Below the pieces are notes generated by a model that did no database searches, was not told the origin of the DNA, and saw nothing but the letters and a program-made list of their open reading frames with translations. A DNA stretch of 61,591 nt, filler included, from Choristocarpus tenellus KU-1152 (Eukaryota > Protista > Phaeophyceae), in NCBI GenBank assembly GCA_964200185.2. It is 9 parts of 9 records of this genome, joined end to end, with 100 filler letters (N's around TTAATTAATTAA, not from the genome) between each part and the next. Parts side by side here need not be neighbours in the genome. Positions count along the whole stretch, not along the records: positions 24,632 to 36,279 come from CAXNAD020002208.1; positions 36,380 to 43,429 come from CAXNAD020006782.1; 7 more parts are not named here. The stretch is one strand, 5' to 3'. Shown here piece by piece: positions 25,061 to 36,557 of the stretch. Positions within the stretch are counted from its first letter, which is position 1; the number at the start of each line of letters is the position of its first letter. The translations under genes were made by a program, and so were the position numbers.

Positions 25061-26452
25061 AGCGGTTCACATGTTCACTGTGCTCTGGAATGCCACCCGG
25101 ACGCTGCCATGGATTCCCTTAAGAACAGCTGGGGGTTCACTCACATCTACAGGACAAAGGTGGGATAAACGTTCCCAACCATTTTGTCTCCACTCGACAT
25201 CGGCACACTTGACATAGGGCAGACAGTAATTGAAGGATTTGACGTGTTCTGACCAACGGTAGAGCGATCATTTTCCAGCGATCCTTATGGTCGTAAGGTC
25301 CCGATGCGCTATGCGCATCCCCTGCTATTCCCTCCCTGGCATATACACTTAATTCATCGACATCCTCAAAGCTCGTTCTTTACGGGTAACTTAACCGCTC
25401 TCTGTCGCACATTTCATGCACATAGAACTCATGAACGAAGTCAAGGAGCAGTATTTCGCTAGAATATGCACTGATGTTCTCGCTGGAGTCGGACTATCCA
25501 TCCTGAGAGGGAGACTCCCCAAGGTCATCGATGACGCGACATTGTCGAAGTGACTGCGCACGTCTTCTCAGATCAAGCAGTCAGAAAACTGCCTACTGAC
25601 GCGCTCGCATTGACGTATGTTGTCGGGACGGAGACATTTCCAGAGGAATGAGCAAGTCGATTTTGGTCGTGACGATTGAAGTAGCGTATGGATGTATATG
25701 CGTATACCCCCCTCCTGACCCTGCAACAGCCGCAATGTTTACCTCCTAGTTCATACCCCGCAAGACAGATACCCGTGTCATCCATGTCAGTCACCGTTCC
25801 AGTACCCATGTGCTCCTCCACCACAGTTCTCCCACACCCTTAGGGGCGTCCGGAACAAACGACCCCCAGCTGACCAAGACAAAGGAAAGAAGAAGACAAG
25901 AGGAAAGGGGAAGAAAAATAAACCAGAAGTCGGCGATCCAGACCCGGCGTCTGCCACGAAGGCGGAGGAGGATTGGGAAGCACAACCCTGGAGGGTGCAG
26001 CTGGCATACGTGAGACGTATGTACACGAAGGACGTACTCATCAAGGGGGGCGTCCTGGAGGTCGCGGTTCAGGCTATGAAGAACCTGAAAGAGAAGGACA
26101 GGCTCGGGATAGACCCCAACGCCGACAATTCACCAGGAGAGTCTGCAGCAGAAGGTCCTCCTACCAAGAAATACATAATCAGCGACAAGGTACTCAATAG
26201 TATTAGTTCATCACTTCACCTATCCACCGCATTTCAGTTCGTTGTGTAAAGCCATATCACAATAAACGCCCTGATTGCGCACATTTATCTACCCTATTAA
26301 TTCTACAGGTGATAAGCGACCTCGTGTTGATGCGGGATGTGGAGGAGGGCACAAAATACCTGGACATCATCAAATACTCTGAGGGCATTACCCTGAGCAA
26401 CGGCTACGAATTCACAGGCGAGCAATTGCAGCATTGCGCTACATCGCCATAG
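25061..26452 (+). pseudogene. Multi-exon unknown gene or pseudogene upstream of the orphan-family ORF
   Basis: Coding-like segments: MNEVKEQYFARICTDVLAGVGLS; KGKKKTRGKGKKNKP..EEDWEAQPWRVQLAYVRRMYTKD..ISDK|GT; AG|VISDLVLMRDVEEG..HCATSP*. An internal stop lies near 25552. Confidence 0.45.
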
Positions 26453-26959
26453 GTTAAAATCCAAACATCCTTCCCCACACCAAACACACAACTCTCTTCC
26501 ATCCTATCGATGCTCGACAGTTACACAACGAACGTTGTCACAGGGTTCTCCTGTTCTTTCAAAGGTTGTGAACTTACTCGTCGTACACGCTGTGTCGTAC
26601 TTTGCCTATGTCGTACCCATCGTCAGAACCCCACGAAAAGAGAGAAATTATGCCGCGGTTACATGCTAGTCCTGTACGCGTCCAGTTCACCCTTTCTTAC
26701 CAACCCTATTCGTCCCCCTGTCCTGGGGGCTCGCATCATCGGCACACCTTCAAAGAACCGCCACTAGTCTGGTCCTTCCATCCTTTCCGCAGCCCCCGTA
26801 TTCTCCTCTGCATCCTGCCCCACGTACTCCTTCTAACGAACCTCTATCTCATCCCTTGCCTCCTAACACTAAAAAATCCTCCCGTCCTTTTTACTCCCAC
26901 TTCGCCACGACCTTCGCCACTCCTCCGCCATCACAAAGATAACGCGTGTCACTCACATT

Positions 26960-28762
26960 TTGATCACGCCAAAGAACCTATCGACGTCCGAGCACGAACT
27001 TGATAAGTTCAAGTCCGAGACCAACACAGCTCACGAGAGAGAAATAGCCCTTCTCCAAACACGACCGGGAGGCCTGGTCATCACATGCACCGCCCTCGGG
27101 GACAACCTTGACCTGGATCGTATCAAACTCCTGCAGGACAAGCTCTCGACATTGACCAATTTTGCACTGGTGAAGACACTGGTAGCTGGTGGCGTATCCA
27201 CCAGCATACCTTGTGGGAGACCCGACCCACCAGGTGCTCAAGAAGAGCAAGATAACCCATCACCTAGCCCTGCAATAGGTGCGGAATCTAGAGAGGGGGA
27301 GGAATACAACCACACCCTCGGAACACGACTCTCAAGGCGATGGGGGTCAACCCGTTTGTAACGTATTTTCAGGCCCAGAGGAAATTCCTATGGAGGACGT
27401 GAGTGGGCGGCTAGGCAACGACTCGGAGTAGTACACGCCTGACAAGAGTGCCACAGGGATGTCTACAAACGCCCATTCACTGGAGAGCGGCGGAACTGAG
27501 TCACAAGTACCAGGGAACATGTGCGACCATAGTGTGAGGCGAAGCGAAAAACTACGTACATATTGATCGTAACACAACTCCGAGGGAGAAGAGTTCCAAG
27601 AAGGACAAAGGGAAGCGCAAAAGGACCCTGATTAGGAAAAAGAGGGTTAGAGAAGACTCTGAAGACGAGGTGGACCGACCTGTTTGTTTTGACTTGTCAG
27701 GTCCAGAGGAACTTCCTACGGAGGATGTGAGAGGGTGGTTAGGCGAGGAATCGGAGTACACGGCTGTCAGGAGTGCCACAGGGATGTCCACAAACGCCCG
27801 TTCAGTGGACAGCGGCGGAACTGAGTCAAAAGTACCAGGGAACATGTACGACCACAGTGTAAGGCGAAGCGAAAACCGCGTACAGATTGATCGTAACACA
27901 ACCCCGACGAAGAAGCCTTCCAAGAAGGACAAAGGGAAGCGCAAAAGGACCCTGATTAGGAAAAGGAGGGTTAGAGAAGACCCTGAAGACGAGGGGGACC
28001 GACCCGACGGTGACGCTTTCACATGTCCAGAGGAACTTCCTGAGGATGTGAGGGGGTGGCGAGGCAAGGACTCGGAGTCCACACCTGTCCGGAGTGACAC
28101 AGGGATGTCAGACGAGACGTTTCAAACAGCCTGTTGATCCTGATGGCAGCGCATTAGAACCTGACTTCCTCGACGACGTCTTCGCTTCTGCCAAAATGGG
28201 CAGATGTGCGGTACATCCATGTTCACCCACATCGAGGGACGACGATGACGACCAAAGATCATCTCGTGATGAGGAGGATTGCATCACACAGGACGCGACC
28301 GACTCTGGTGATGCATCCAATGTGGGGATCACCGAAGCCTTCATGGAGGCGTGCGTCACCAAGCTCCTACGATCTGCAACGAAACCTGCTTCTGCACAGT
28401 ATCGAGTGCAGACACAAATCCTAACCTAAGGCATTTACGATCACGGGTTCAGGTTCATGAAGGCCGGTAAAGGGGCTGCTTCTCTTATTTTCGGGGACGA
28501 GTGCTACGTCCATGGGCCCACACAGGTGAAACTCGGCGATCGTGGAGGGAAGGCAGGCAATATGTTGCACCCCAAGCATGTGGAAGCGCTCCAGGCGAAG
28601 AAGGCTATCTTCTTGAGCCTCGTGAAGCCCGAGCCTTGGAACGCCAGGTACTCCACGCGCCTAAATCTGTGGCACCTTCTTGTCGAGACATACCCTAAGC
28701 TCACAGAGTGGTGGGACAAGGGTGACGAATGCAATTTCGAGTCCGCCCAGCAATTGAAATAG
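26960..28762 (+). pseudogene. Orphan-family protein (N-terminal domain + acidic/basic tandem repeats + W-rich C-terminal domain), disrupted
   Basis: Collinear with 47990-49247(-): RPGGLVITCTALGDNLD matches RPTGGDVVVCTILEGNRD, and the C-domain shares YRVQT..AGK..CYVH..EAL.A.KA.FLS.VK.E.WN..YS..LNLWH..WW. Frameshifts and a TAA at 28427 where the homolog has Q. Confidence 0.7.
27375..28110 (+). repeat. ~325-bp tandem repeat (about 2.3 units) inside the orphan ORF
   Basis: Units start CCAGAGGAA(A/C)TTCCT at ~27375, 27703 and 28027. Confidence 0.9.
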
Positions 28763-29506
28763 GGCTTCGGTCGTTCAGGCTTTCTGTTCAAGTACGGGTA
28801 GAGTTGCAGGTTGTGCAGATTTCTGCATTAGTGTATCTTTCCATGGTGTCCGACTCTCATGTTCATGCACTTTGCATCCCACAAGTTATGCATTTAGATA
28901 GTGGAACAAAAGATACGTATCTACTGGTCAGAGTCGTCAGCGTATCATATATCATACTCACGCTGAGGATCAGACCTGTCTTATCATTTGTTTTTAAAAG
29001 CATGTCTGCTACAATGTTACAGCCCTAAAATATAATACATCGATCAAACAACTCTTCTCCATCCACCCGACTAACTTTTCCAAACGATTCGTCAAGGGCA
29101 GCGATGAATACCTGTCCTTCTGTGAGCCATTATTTATTCCTTGTACACGATAACGCACCTCCCCCCATTCTTTTCAATACATTAGTTTGCACCACCTCTT
29201 GCTTTGCCCAACTGTCGACGAACTAGTTTCGATCAAGTGTAGTCATTCGAATCGTAGGGGATCATATGCCTAAGTACACCCACGATGCCCTAACCACAGC
29301 ACCAGCCCAGAACCTTTGGAAGTGTACCTCAAACTACTTTCCTCGGAACGTAAGACAATATTACTTGACCAATAACCACTCATACACACTCCGTCTACAC
29401 CTTTTGCCATAACTCGTACCAACAACTTCAACCCTAACGCCCTCAGCGACAACAACCACGTCTTACTGCATACAATATACAATACATGCACACAAACAAA
29501 TATACA

Positions 29507-29766
29507 GAGCGAAGGTGTCTTAAAGGGAAAGAATTTTGCCCTGCTTGTCCCTTTAGTGCTTGACTTCCAACGTATTTTTTATTACATTAACCTACTCTGA
29601 AACGTTCCTAACTAGGAACATACACACGTTATGAAAAAGGTGCATCCAGAGCAACGATACTGAAACTTGCTAACAGACACGATAGCCAAATATATACACC
29701 AAAATCACAATTCTGATGTTTGATCCCCATTTCGACATTTATTAATCCTCTAAGACACTTTATCTC
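29507..29766 (-). mobile_element. Diverged MITE family B
   Basis: GAGCGAAGGTGTCTTAAAGGG...CCTCTAAGACACTTTATCTC with the family-B core. Confidence 0.7.
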
Positions 29767-29981
29767 CGTATGTTTTGGTTCCTCGTGCACACGTGGAGAG
29801 AACAGACCCAAACCGACAATCCTTTATGTGTACGTTTCATAAACAACCAATGCAAGCAAATAAACGAACAGAGCAACCCCGCAGCAGACAATATCATTTT
29901 TTTATATTCCTCATAAACAATGTCAAAACACACAATAACTGACAACCCTCTTTGGGTGTTAACCAAATCCCAGTCATGCAA

Positions 29982-30158
29982 GACCCAAAGTATCTGGGAG
30001 GGGAGGGGGTCTACACCAGGGGGTCCATTTGGGTCAAAATCAGGAAAGTGTATTTACATTATACATCCGACGTATGCAACCAAAACACCCAAAAATCGCG
30101 ACATTAGAAAATTGCCCCCAAAAGGACAGCCGCCACCCCCTCCCAGATACTTTGAGCC
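29982..30158 (+). mobile_element. MITE family A (177 bp)
   Basis: GACCCAAAGTATCTGG...CCAGATACTTTGAGCC. Confidence 0.88.
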
Positions 30159-30399
30159 CCCCCCAAAAAAACTGGAACAGCCTCCCAAGTATATCTCTTG
30201 TTCTTCATCATAACTGCGCGACCAAGACACATAAACCAATAGACCTATTTGAGCAGGCTCAACATCCGACACATGCAAACGTCCAAACTCCTCCCCCAAT
30301 CAAACCCGATTAATAAATGGTGGCATATATCCCCGTTGTCCTTACCTACGCAAGGACAGAAATGAACCTAACCAACAGTCTTGTTTTTGCTGACATTTC

Positions 30400-30494
30400 A
30401 AATCCGACACGTGCGACCAAATCACACCAAAAAGGGAAAATCGAAAGAGAGTGAAAAACGGACACCGGCACACCCCCCTAAGATACTTTGGCCC
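30400..30494 (+). mobile_element. Partial MITE family A
   Basis: ccgacacgtgcgaccaaatcac...ccctaagatactttggccc. Confidence 0.55.
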
Positions 30495-30639
30495 ATTTGA
30501 GTACGTATACAACAGCTTGAAGATGTCTTTCAACTTGCAGTATGTAGAAATTGGGTGGATGACGCTAATATAGAAGAGTTGCTTTGGGAGCCACCCGGCG
30601 TATCTCTTTAACTCTTTCTTCCTCGAATAAAACATTAAG

Positions 30640-30787
30640 TATTAAGCTAAGCACTGAGTGTAGCATCGAGAGAAGAGTGGCTGACAAGTGACCATCAACT
30701 GTGGAAATACCCCAGTAGCGCCGCTTAAAGGTCGTTGGATTAGAGCTACACATCCTGTGGAGGTAAGTTCTGGAGCGTGTTGTAACA
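30640..30787 (+). mobile_element. 3' part of a solo LTR (TGTTACA family)
   Basis: agctaagcactgagtg...catcctgtggaggtaagttctggagcgtgttgtaaca matches the 3' ends of the copies at 30925 and 35458. Confidence 0.7.
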
Positions 30788-30924
30788 CGACTGTGTGCCA
30801 CTGCATTCAGGAAACACCTCTAAGCGAAAACCTGGGTGTAGAATAACTTAGCAGTCGACAATTGCAGCAGGCACTGGTTGTTTGGAAGCTATGTGAGTCG
30901 GAGTGACTTAAGGAAACGAGAAAG

Positions 30925-31515
30925 TGTTACAGGCGAATAGCATGAGCGTTTCTTCTTGTATTTCAACGAAGTGCGAGCGTTTGTTACACGCGAAGAGCGC
31001 GAACATTTTTTTCTGATGTTTCAGTAAATACGAACATTTGTAATAGACGTATAGTGTGAGGATTGTTTCTCGAGTTCTGACACGTACGAACAATATACGG
31101 TATTAGTAACACATAGGTAGCCTTACAGGATAAATGATGATTTTGATAGGAGACGCAGAGTAAGATTTGAAATTCAAACATAATCTTACAGAATAGGTGT
31201 CAATTCCTGGAAGTTGCAGAGTAAAAATTCATGATTGAAGTATCTAATTAGCAGTTTGCAGACTTCATTTAACTCTTTGACTGTAGAAAAATGGTGGATG
31301 ATGCTAATAGAAGGCTGATGTAGACTACCACGCTCTCAGACCTTATTGATTGAACCTCTTTTGATAAAGCGAAAGCAAGACATCTACTGAGCTAAACATC
31401 AAGCTGACACCGTACATGGTTATCATCTGTGGACCCCCCTCGTAGCGTCGTTTTAAGGTTGTTGGATTTGAGTTGTACATCCTGTGGAGGTGAGTTCTGA
31501 GGGGCGCCTGTAACA
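30925..31515 (+). mobile_element. Solo LTR, 591 bp, TSD AAAG
   Basis: TGTTACA...TGTAACA inverted termini with AAAG on both flanks; homologous to 35458-36058. Confidence 0.85.
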
Positions 31516-31539
31516 AAAGGTGTTAGGTCTGGTGTACAA

Positions 31540-32190
31540 GGGCTCTGAAGCCTGAAGGAAGGTTTAAAGGGCTTGCAAGGCGGAGGAGAAAGCGATCGCA
31601 GCAAAGGAAGCTGTGGAGACTCTTCGCTATCACCAAATCCTTTACTTTGAAGAGGTCGCAAAGCAAGTGGTGGTAGCCATCGACTATGTAGGGAAGCTTA
31701 AGGGGATGCGACAATTTTGTAGGAAAGTGGGCTGTTAGAACCCGGAATGGCGAAGGACAGGAGGAAAGGAGAGAAACACAACCCAAGCCAAAGCATTTTG
31801 CATGTGCTTGGAGAGCAGAGGGACTCCAACGAGGTAGTTCCTAGTCTTCAGGTTCTTGTCAAGAGGTACGGGGGGGTATGCCTAATGTTCCCAAAGTATC
31901 ACTGGGAGCTCAGCCCCATTGAGCTCGTGTGGGTCGAGCAAAGCACTGGCTACGACAGCATTGTACCTATTCTTTGGACGGACTCCGAAAAAACGTTCCT
32001 TTGAGCTTGAAACCAGCTGAGGATAGGCAGGCTGTTTGACTCATCCAGAAGTACTGCAAGTAGGCGTACACGCCCCATCTTGTCTACTTCAAAACGGCTG
32101 CCACTGGACACTGGACCAGAAGCCCACAAGGAGGTACAAGTCTCATAGGTGCCCAGCACATTCGGGATTCCTGGTGGTAGACAGCGACAA
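31540..32190 (+). mobile_element. Tc1/mariner-IS630 superfamily transposase pseudogene (C-terminal part)
   Basis: Across frameshifts: GKLKGMRQ..GLLEPGM..VLGEQRD..CLMFPKYHWELSPIELVW/RAKHWLRQHCTYSLDGLRKNVPLSL..RRYKSHR (the LPKxHxELNPIE motif). Confidence 0.8.
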
Positions 32191-32410
32191 GAGTTACATT
32201 TACATTTACCATTCATTCCCTTCGTCGTTCGTTTGGTTGTCGTTCAGGGTTAGGTCTAGCCAGGTATACTTTGATCAAGTAATAAGTAGCACATCTGTTC
32301 CCACTCTTGGGGACCTACAATCCAGGGTTCGAACCCCAATATGAGCGCTCCTTCTTTACAAAAAACAATAAATCGAAAAAAAAACACGAAGCCCGTACTC
32401 TGGAGGGTCT

Positions 32411-33250
32411 TGTGACGGGCATCACGAATATGCAAAAACCGATGTCTACATGAAAAATTTACGACGGGACAACCCCAGAGGCATAACCTATTGATACTGC
32501 TAGTATTACATTCTACAGGTGTAATTTAGAAGTAAACAATATATCGAATTGGACTCTTTTTGTTAGCATATATTATGTAGTTCTTATATTATTATGTACT
32601 CTGACATTTTCCAGATGTGTCAGGAGAAAAACCAAGGTTATATAGTTATTGTTATTGTTTGTTAGGATTATGTTCTTAAGTTGATTAGAGAAAAGAAGAA
32701 AACATGGGTCCAACGGTTTCAGGGCTATGTTCATATTCCTTACATATATAACATGGTACATACTTCTTCAGTTACTTGGACCTCCAAATAACAATGGCCC
32801 TTATTTTTGTTTGCAGAGAGAATTTCTTTGTTCTTTTACCCTTTCTATTTTTTTGGTATCTATATATAATTTATCTTATTATGTCGTTCTTTCCACAATG
32901 GGTACATTGGAAGTGCCACCTACCGATTTCCTTGTTGTATTCACAATATTAAATTGAGGGATTCCACACCCGGAGTAGAAATATTAGTATAAAGAAGGAA
33001 ATACAGATCGTTTGAGCAAAGGCCTCAACAACCACCACAGAAAAACAATAGAAATGAAAGGAATAAAGAAGAAATAGAACCAACTCGAGAAAAGCACGAT
33101 CACCCGAAAAAACGAAAGGAGAAGAGAACGAAGAGAACGAACAAAGTGCACAAAAGAATCACATCACAGAATTGAAGAAATAGTTCTAGAGAGGGCGATA
33201 TTGGTGGTGCTGGTGACTTAGGCGACCTTTGCTGGGGTTTTGTTGTGACA
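32411..33250. mobile_element. Possible solo LTR
   Basis: TGTGAC...GTGACA termini around AT-rich non-coding sequence; no TSD found. Confidence 0.3.
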
Positions 33251-33259
33251 TACCATAAC

Positions 33260-33640
33260 TATCACAACTTCCTTGTAATGCCGTTCGACCATGAAGCTCA
33301 TTATGCTGTTAGATGCACACTCACACCTTTCCTTTTGATTATTGACTTTCAACTCCAATCCTAAAATTGTCAAGGACATATTGGAGACATGTCCACCACT
33401 TCTTCTAACCTCCTGTCTACCTTGCTTACGTTGTCCATTGACAGGTTCCGTAACATCAATATCTTAGGGATTTTCTCATCCCCCATACGAACAAGTGACA
33501 CAACAAAGAGGAGTCTCTGCTTGTGCACCTTCGCCTCGATGTTTTCACAATTAGTCTTCGTAAGAGATTCTCTGTAGAATAGGACATGATCAGTGAGTTC
33601 CAGTTTCAGGAAACCTATGGGGAGGGGGAGGGATTTGTGA
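33260..33640 (-). mobile_element. RTE-type LINE 3' remnant
   Basis: LTKTNCENIEAKVHKQRLLFVVSLVRMGDEKIPKILM matches the RTE post-RT motif (IE..V..RRL...L.RM...R.PK). Confidence 0.65.
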
Positions 33641-33899
33641 TGATGATGTGGTCGGAGCTTCAGATAATGAACCTAGCAGAACTTCAGGTACTTCAGCTTT
33701 GAGCATTCGAATTCTAAAGCTCAAATAAGACACCTGAGGCCTTGTCATAAAGAACTTGACTCTATATTTAAAACAACTTGAAGCTTTCTCAATCTTCTAT
33801 ATGATCTCAGCAGTAGTAGTTGAGCCTTGGGGCCGCGAACCACACTGTTCCTATTACAGGATGCTCTCCCGTTTCAGCTAATCTCCCAACAACCACCAT

Positions 33900-34900
33900 G
33901 TAACAGTCTTGCCGAGGACTTTGCCAGATTTGGCACCAATGAAATGTCCCTGTAGTTGTCAACTCTGTACGGGCCTATTCAAACTAGGACCAAGATTCCA
34001 GAACCAAGGTTTAGAATAACTACCAATTTGAGGCATAGAACTGACTCGATTGATGGAGGTGTTACTGATGTTTGGTGTTGATGGAACTGAAAAGGAAACC
34101 AGATATGGTTGACCCCCATGGAAGTGTGGATATGGCATCTCTAAGAGGGGTAAAATTAGATACTAACATAAATCCAGTCCACAAAGTAGGGTGGTGGGGG
34201 TGAAGGTTGAAGTTGTTCAAAGATCAGTTTTGTGATTTTGAATCACATATGGGTGTTAAGTTCGCAAAATACTAAGCTTCTCCACGTGGCTTGCGTAGTT
34301 GTCCACCCACATTCAGTCACTGAAACACCCTCGTTCCAATTCCACTTCCTGAAAGTGATTTTTTTTCGCAGGAAAATTGTTTTCAATGGACTTCATAACA
34401 AGATAGTACTATTCTTCGTAATTTATGTCTATTACTATCCTTAATATCATTTTGTCCTCATGCCATAAGGGAGGACCAAATCAGTTGGTGGAGATGTTGA
34501 TAGCCACCATTTGAGTCAGAGGTGTTTTCCTTCAGCAAAACCCAAAGTGATCACGATCATCAAGTCTTGGGATGAAGTCTGAGTTGAACCTCGGATCGAT
34601 GGATGAAATGACATCATTCTGACCGTCAACGGTAAGTGGTCCGAGAATTCTCACGACTTCTCTGTGTTTGATGTTTATGCGAACGTCACCAAAAACAAAT
34701 GTATGTGCACTATTACACTTATGTCTACGCGTGGGAATGGATTTGAGATCAACTCCCAACAGGACCCGCCCGTCACATCACCTCTCCCAACAATGTGGGC
34801 TCTGTCTCCACACGAGAAAAAATAATGGCTGCGTAGCACATCATGGCAGACAGTCCCGTGGGATAAGAGAATGAATCATCTAGGTATCCCAAAAATATTT
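33900..34900 (-). mobile_element. Ty3/Gypsy gag-protease remnant
   Basis: GPLTVDGQNDVISSIDPRFNSDFI resembles the aspartic protease LIDSG.T.NFI motif; TLPWGSTISG is similar to PLPCGPTISY at ~2290(-); many stops. Confidence 0.4.
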
Positions 34901-35457
34901 ATTTGGTCAATTTGAGAGAGTTCCTTGAAATGTCGTCCTCTACAGCGTTGGAACACTCCAAAATATATTCAAAGTGAATGCGATGTAAAATATAAAATCG
35001 AATTCTTATGGGTATCCCATAAAAAAAATCTTCCTGCGACCAATTTGAAGGAGCCCCCTGAAAGATTATCCCGTAGAGGGCTGGAACCACAAAATTTGTT
35101 TCTACTAGAAGAGGGAAATGTTAAAATATATGCATATGGAAAATGAATCATCTAGGGTGAAAAGTTGTCTCCTACAGGGTTGGAACCCCAAAACGTCTAT
35201 GATAGAAAACATATTATTGTACCTTTAACAACCCAGAGGTTATGAAGATAACTTCGAAAACCAAGAAGGGTGTTTGGGTCATTTTGCCGATCAAGCTACA
35301 ATGCCTCAGCTACCGTGATTTTGAGTGGGTAACCAAAGTCCCCTACTCTTGGTTGTGAGTTGCACGAGGCCACAGCAGATGTCTCAAGATGAACTGCACT
35401 GAGGTGGAGGTTTTGGAGGAGTTGGATCAGTGGTTACCTTTGTAGGTGTGGATCATT

Positions 35458-36058
35458 TGTTACAGGCGAATAGCGCGAGTATTTCTTCTTGTGTTCCAAC
35501 GAAGTGCGAGCATTTGTTACACGCGAATAGAGGGAGCATTTCTTCCCATGTTTTAGCAAACACGAACATTTGTGACAGATGTATAGTGCGAGTATTGTTT
35601 CTCACGTTCTTCTAGCAAGTGCGAACAATATACGATACTCGTAACACATAGGTAGCCTTACAGAATAACTGATGATTTCATAGAAGATTCAGAGTAAGAT
35701 TCGGAATGCGTACGTAACATCTGTCAAAGTCCCTAAGAAGTTGCAGAATAAAGGTTTATGATTGGAGTACGTGTAGAGCAGTTGCATAGAAGACCAAAGA
35801 AATTGGGTGGATGATGAAAATATTAAGAGGCTTGTGGTCAAACGATCACCCCATTTTGCCTCCAGTCCTTACTTTTGATCTTGAACGAAACTTTGAGTCG
35901 AGCTTTGAGCTAAGCACTGAGTGGAACATCAAGAAGAGAAGGACACCTGGCACCCTACAAACTGTTATCAAGGGCAACGCCCCCATAGCGTCGTTTTAAG
36001 GTCGTTGGATTTGAGTTGTACATCCTGTGGAGGTGAGTTCTGAGGGGCGACTGTAGCA
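35458..36058 (+). mobile_element. Solo LTR, 601 bp, TSD CATT
   Basis: TGTTACAGGCGAATAG...TGTAGCA flanked by CATT on both sides. Confidence 0.85.
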
Positions 36059-36219
36059 CATTGCCTTGAAATATTGCCTAGCTTCCCCGAGATAATAGGT
36101 CATATATCTTGTTTTGGTCCGGAAAGGGCTGTCCACTTCCACTTTGAGGAATCTGTATACCGTCTAAAAACATTTTGAAGTGAAAGGGCTTTTTTTCTCA
36201 CCTTCACACATATTGATCT

Positions 36220-36279
36220 GAGTGAAAGTATCTTAGAGGGTACGAGATTTTCCCTGTTTGTCCATTTGGGGCTTGGCTT
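36220..36279 (-). mobile_element. MITE family B, truncated by the contig end
   Basis: GAGTGAAAGTATCTTAGAGGGTACG. Confidence 0.8.
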
Positions 36280-36557
36280 NNNNNNNNNNNNNNNNNNNNN
36301 NNNNNNNNNNNNNNNNNNNNNNNTTAATTAATTAANNNNNNNNNNNNNNNNNNNNNNNNNNNNNNNNNNNNNNNNNNNNAAGTGCTGATTTTTAAAAGCC
36401 CATCTCTACAACTTACCACCACTGTGTTGTGCCTACACCCCCCATATCCTCTCCCCTTACCCCCTGTCCTGTGTCCTCGTGGTACATATACCATGTATGT
36501 ACATATACCATGTATGTACATCATGTATGTGCACCATCTCATCCTATCCTATCACAG

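Noticed and set aside
28427-28429. TAA aligned to Gln, suggesting a variant genetic code or readthrough
   Set aside because: The same ORF also has frameshifts, the intact exons show no in-frame TAR codons, and a CAA>TAA mutation is the simpler explanation.
30925-36058. One complete LTR retrotransposon bounded by the two ~600-bp direct repeats
   Set aside because: Each repeat has its own TSD (AAAG versus CATT), and the interior is a mix of Tc1, RTE and opposite-strand fragments.
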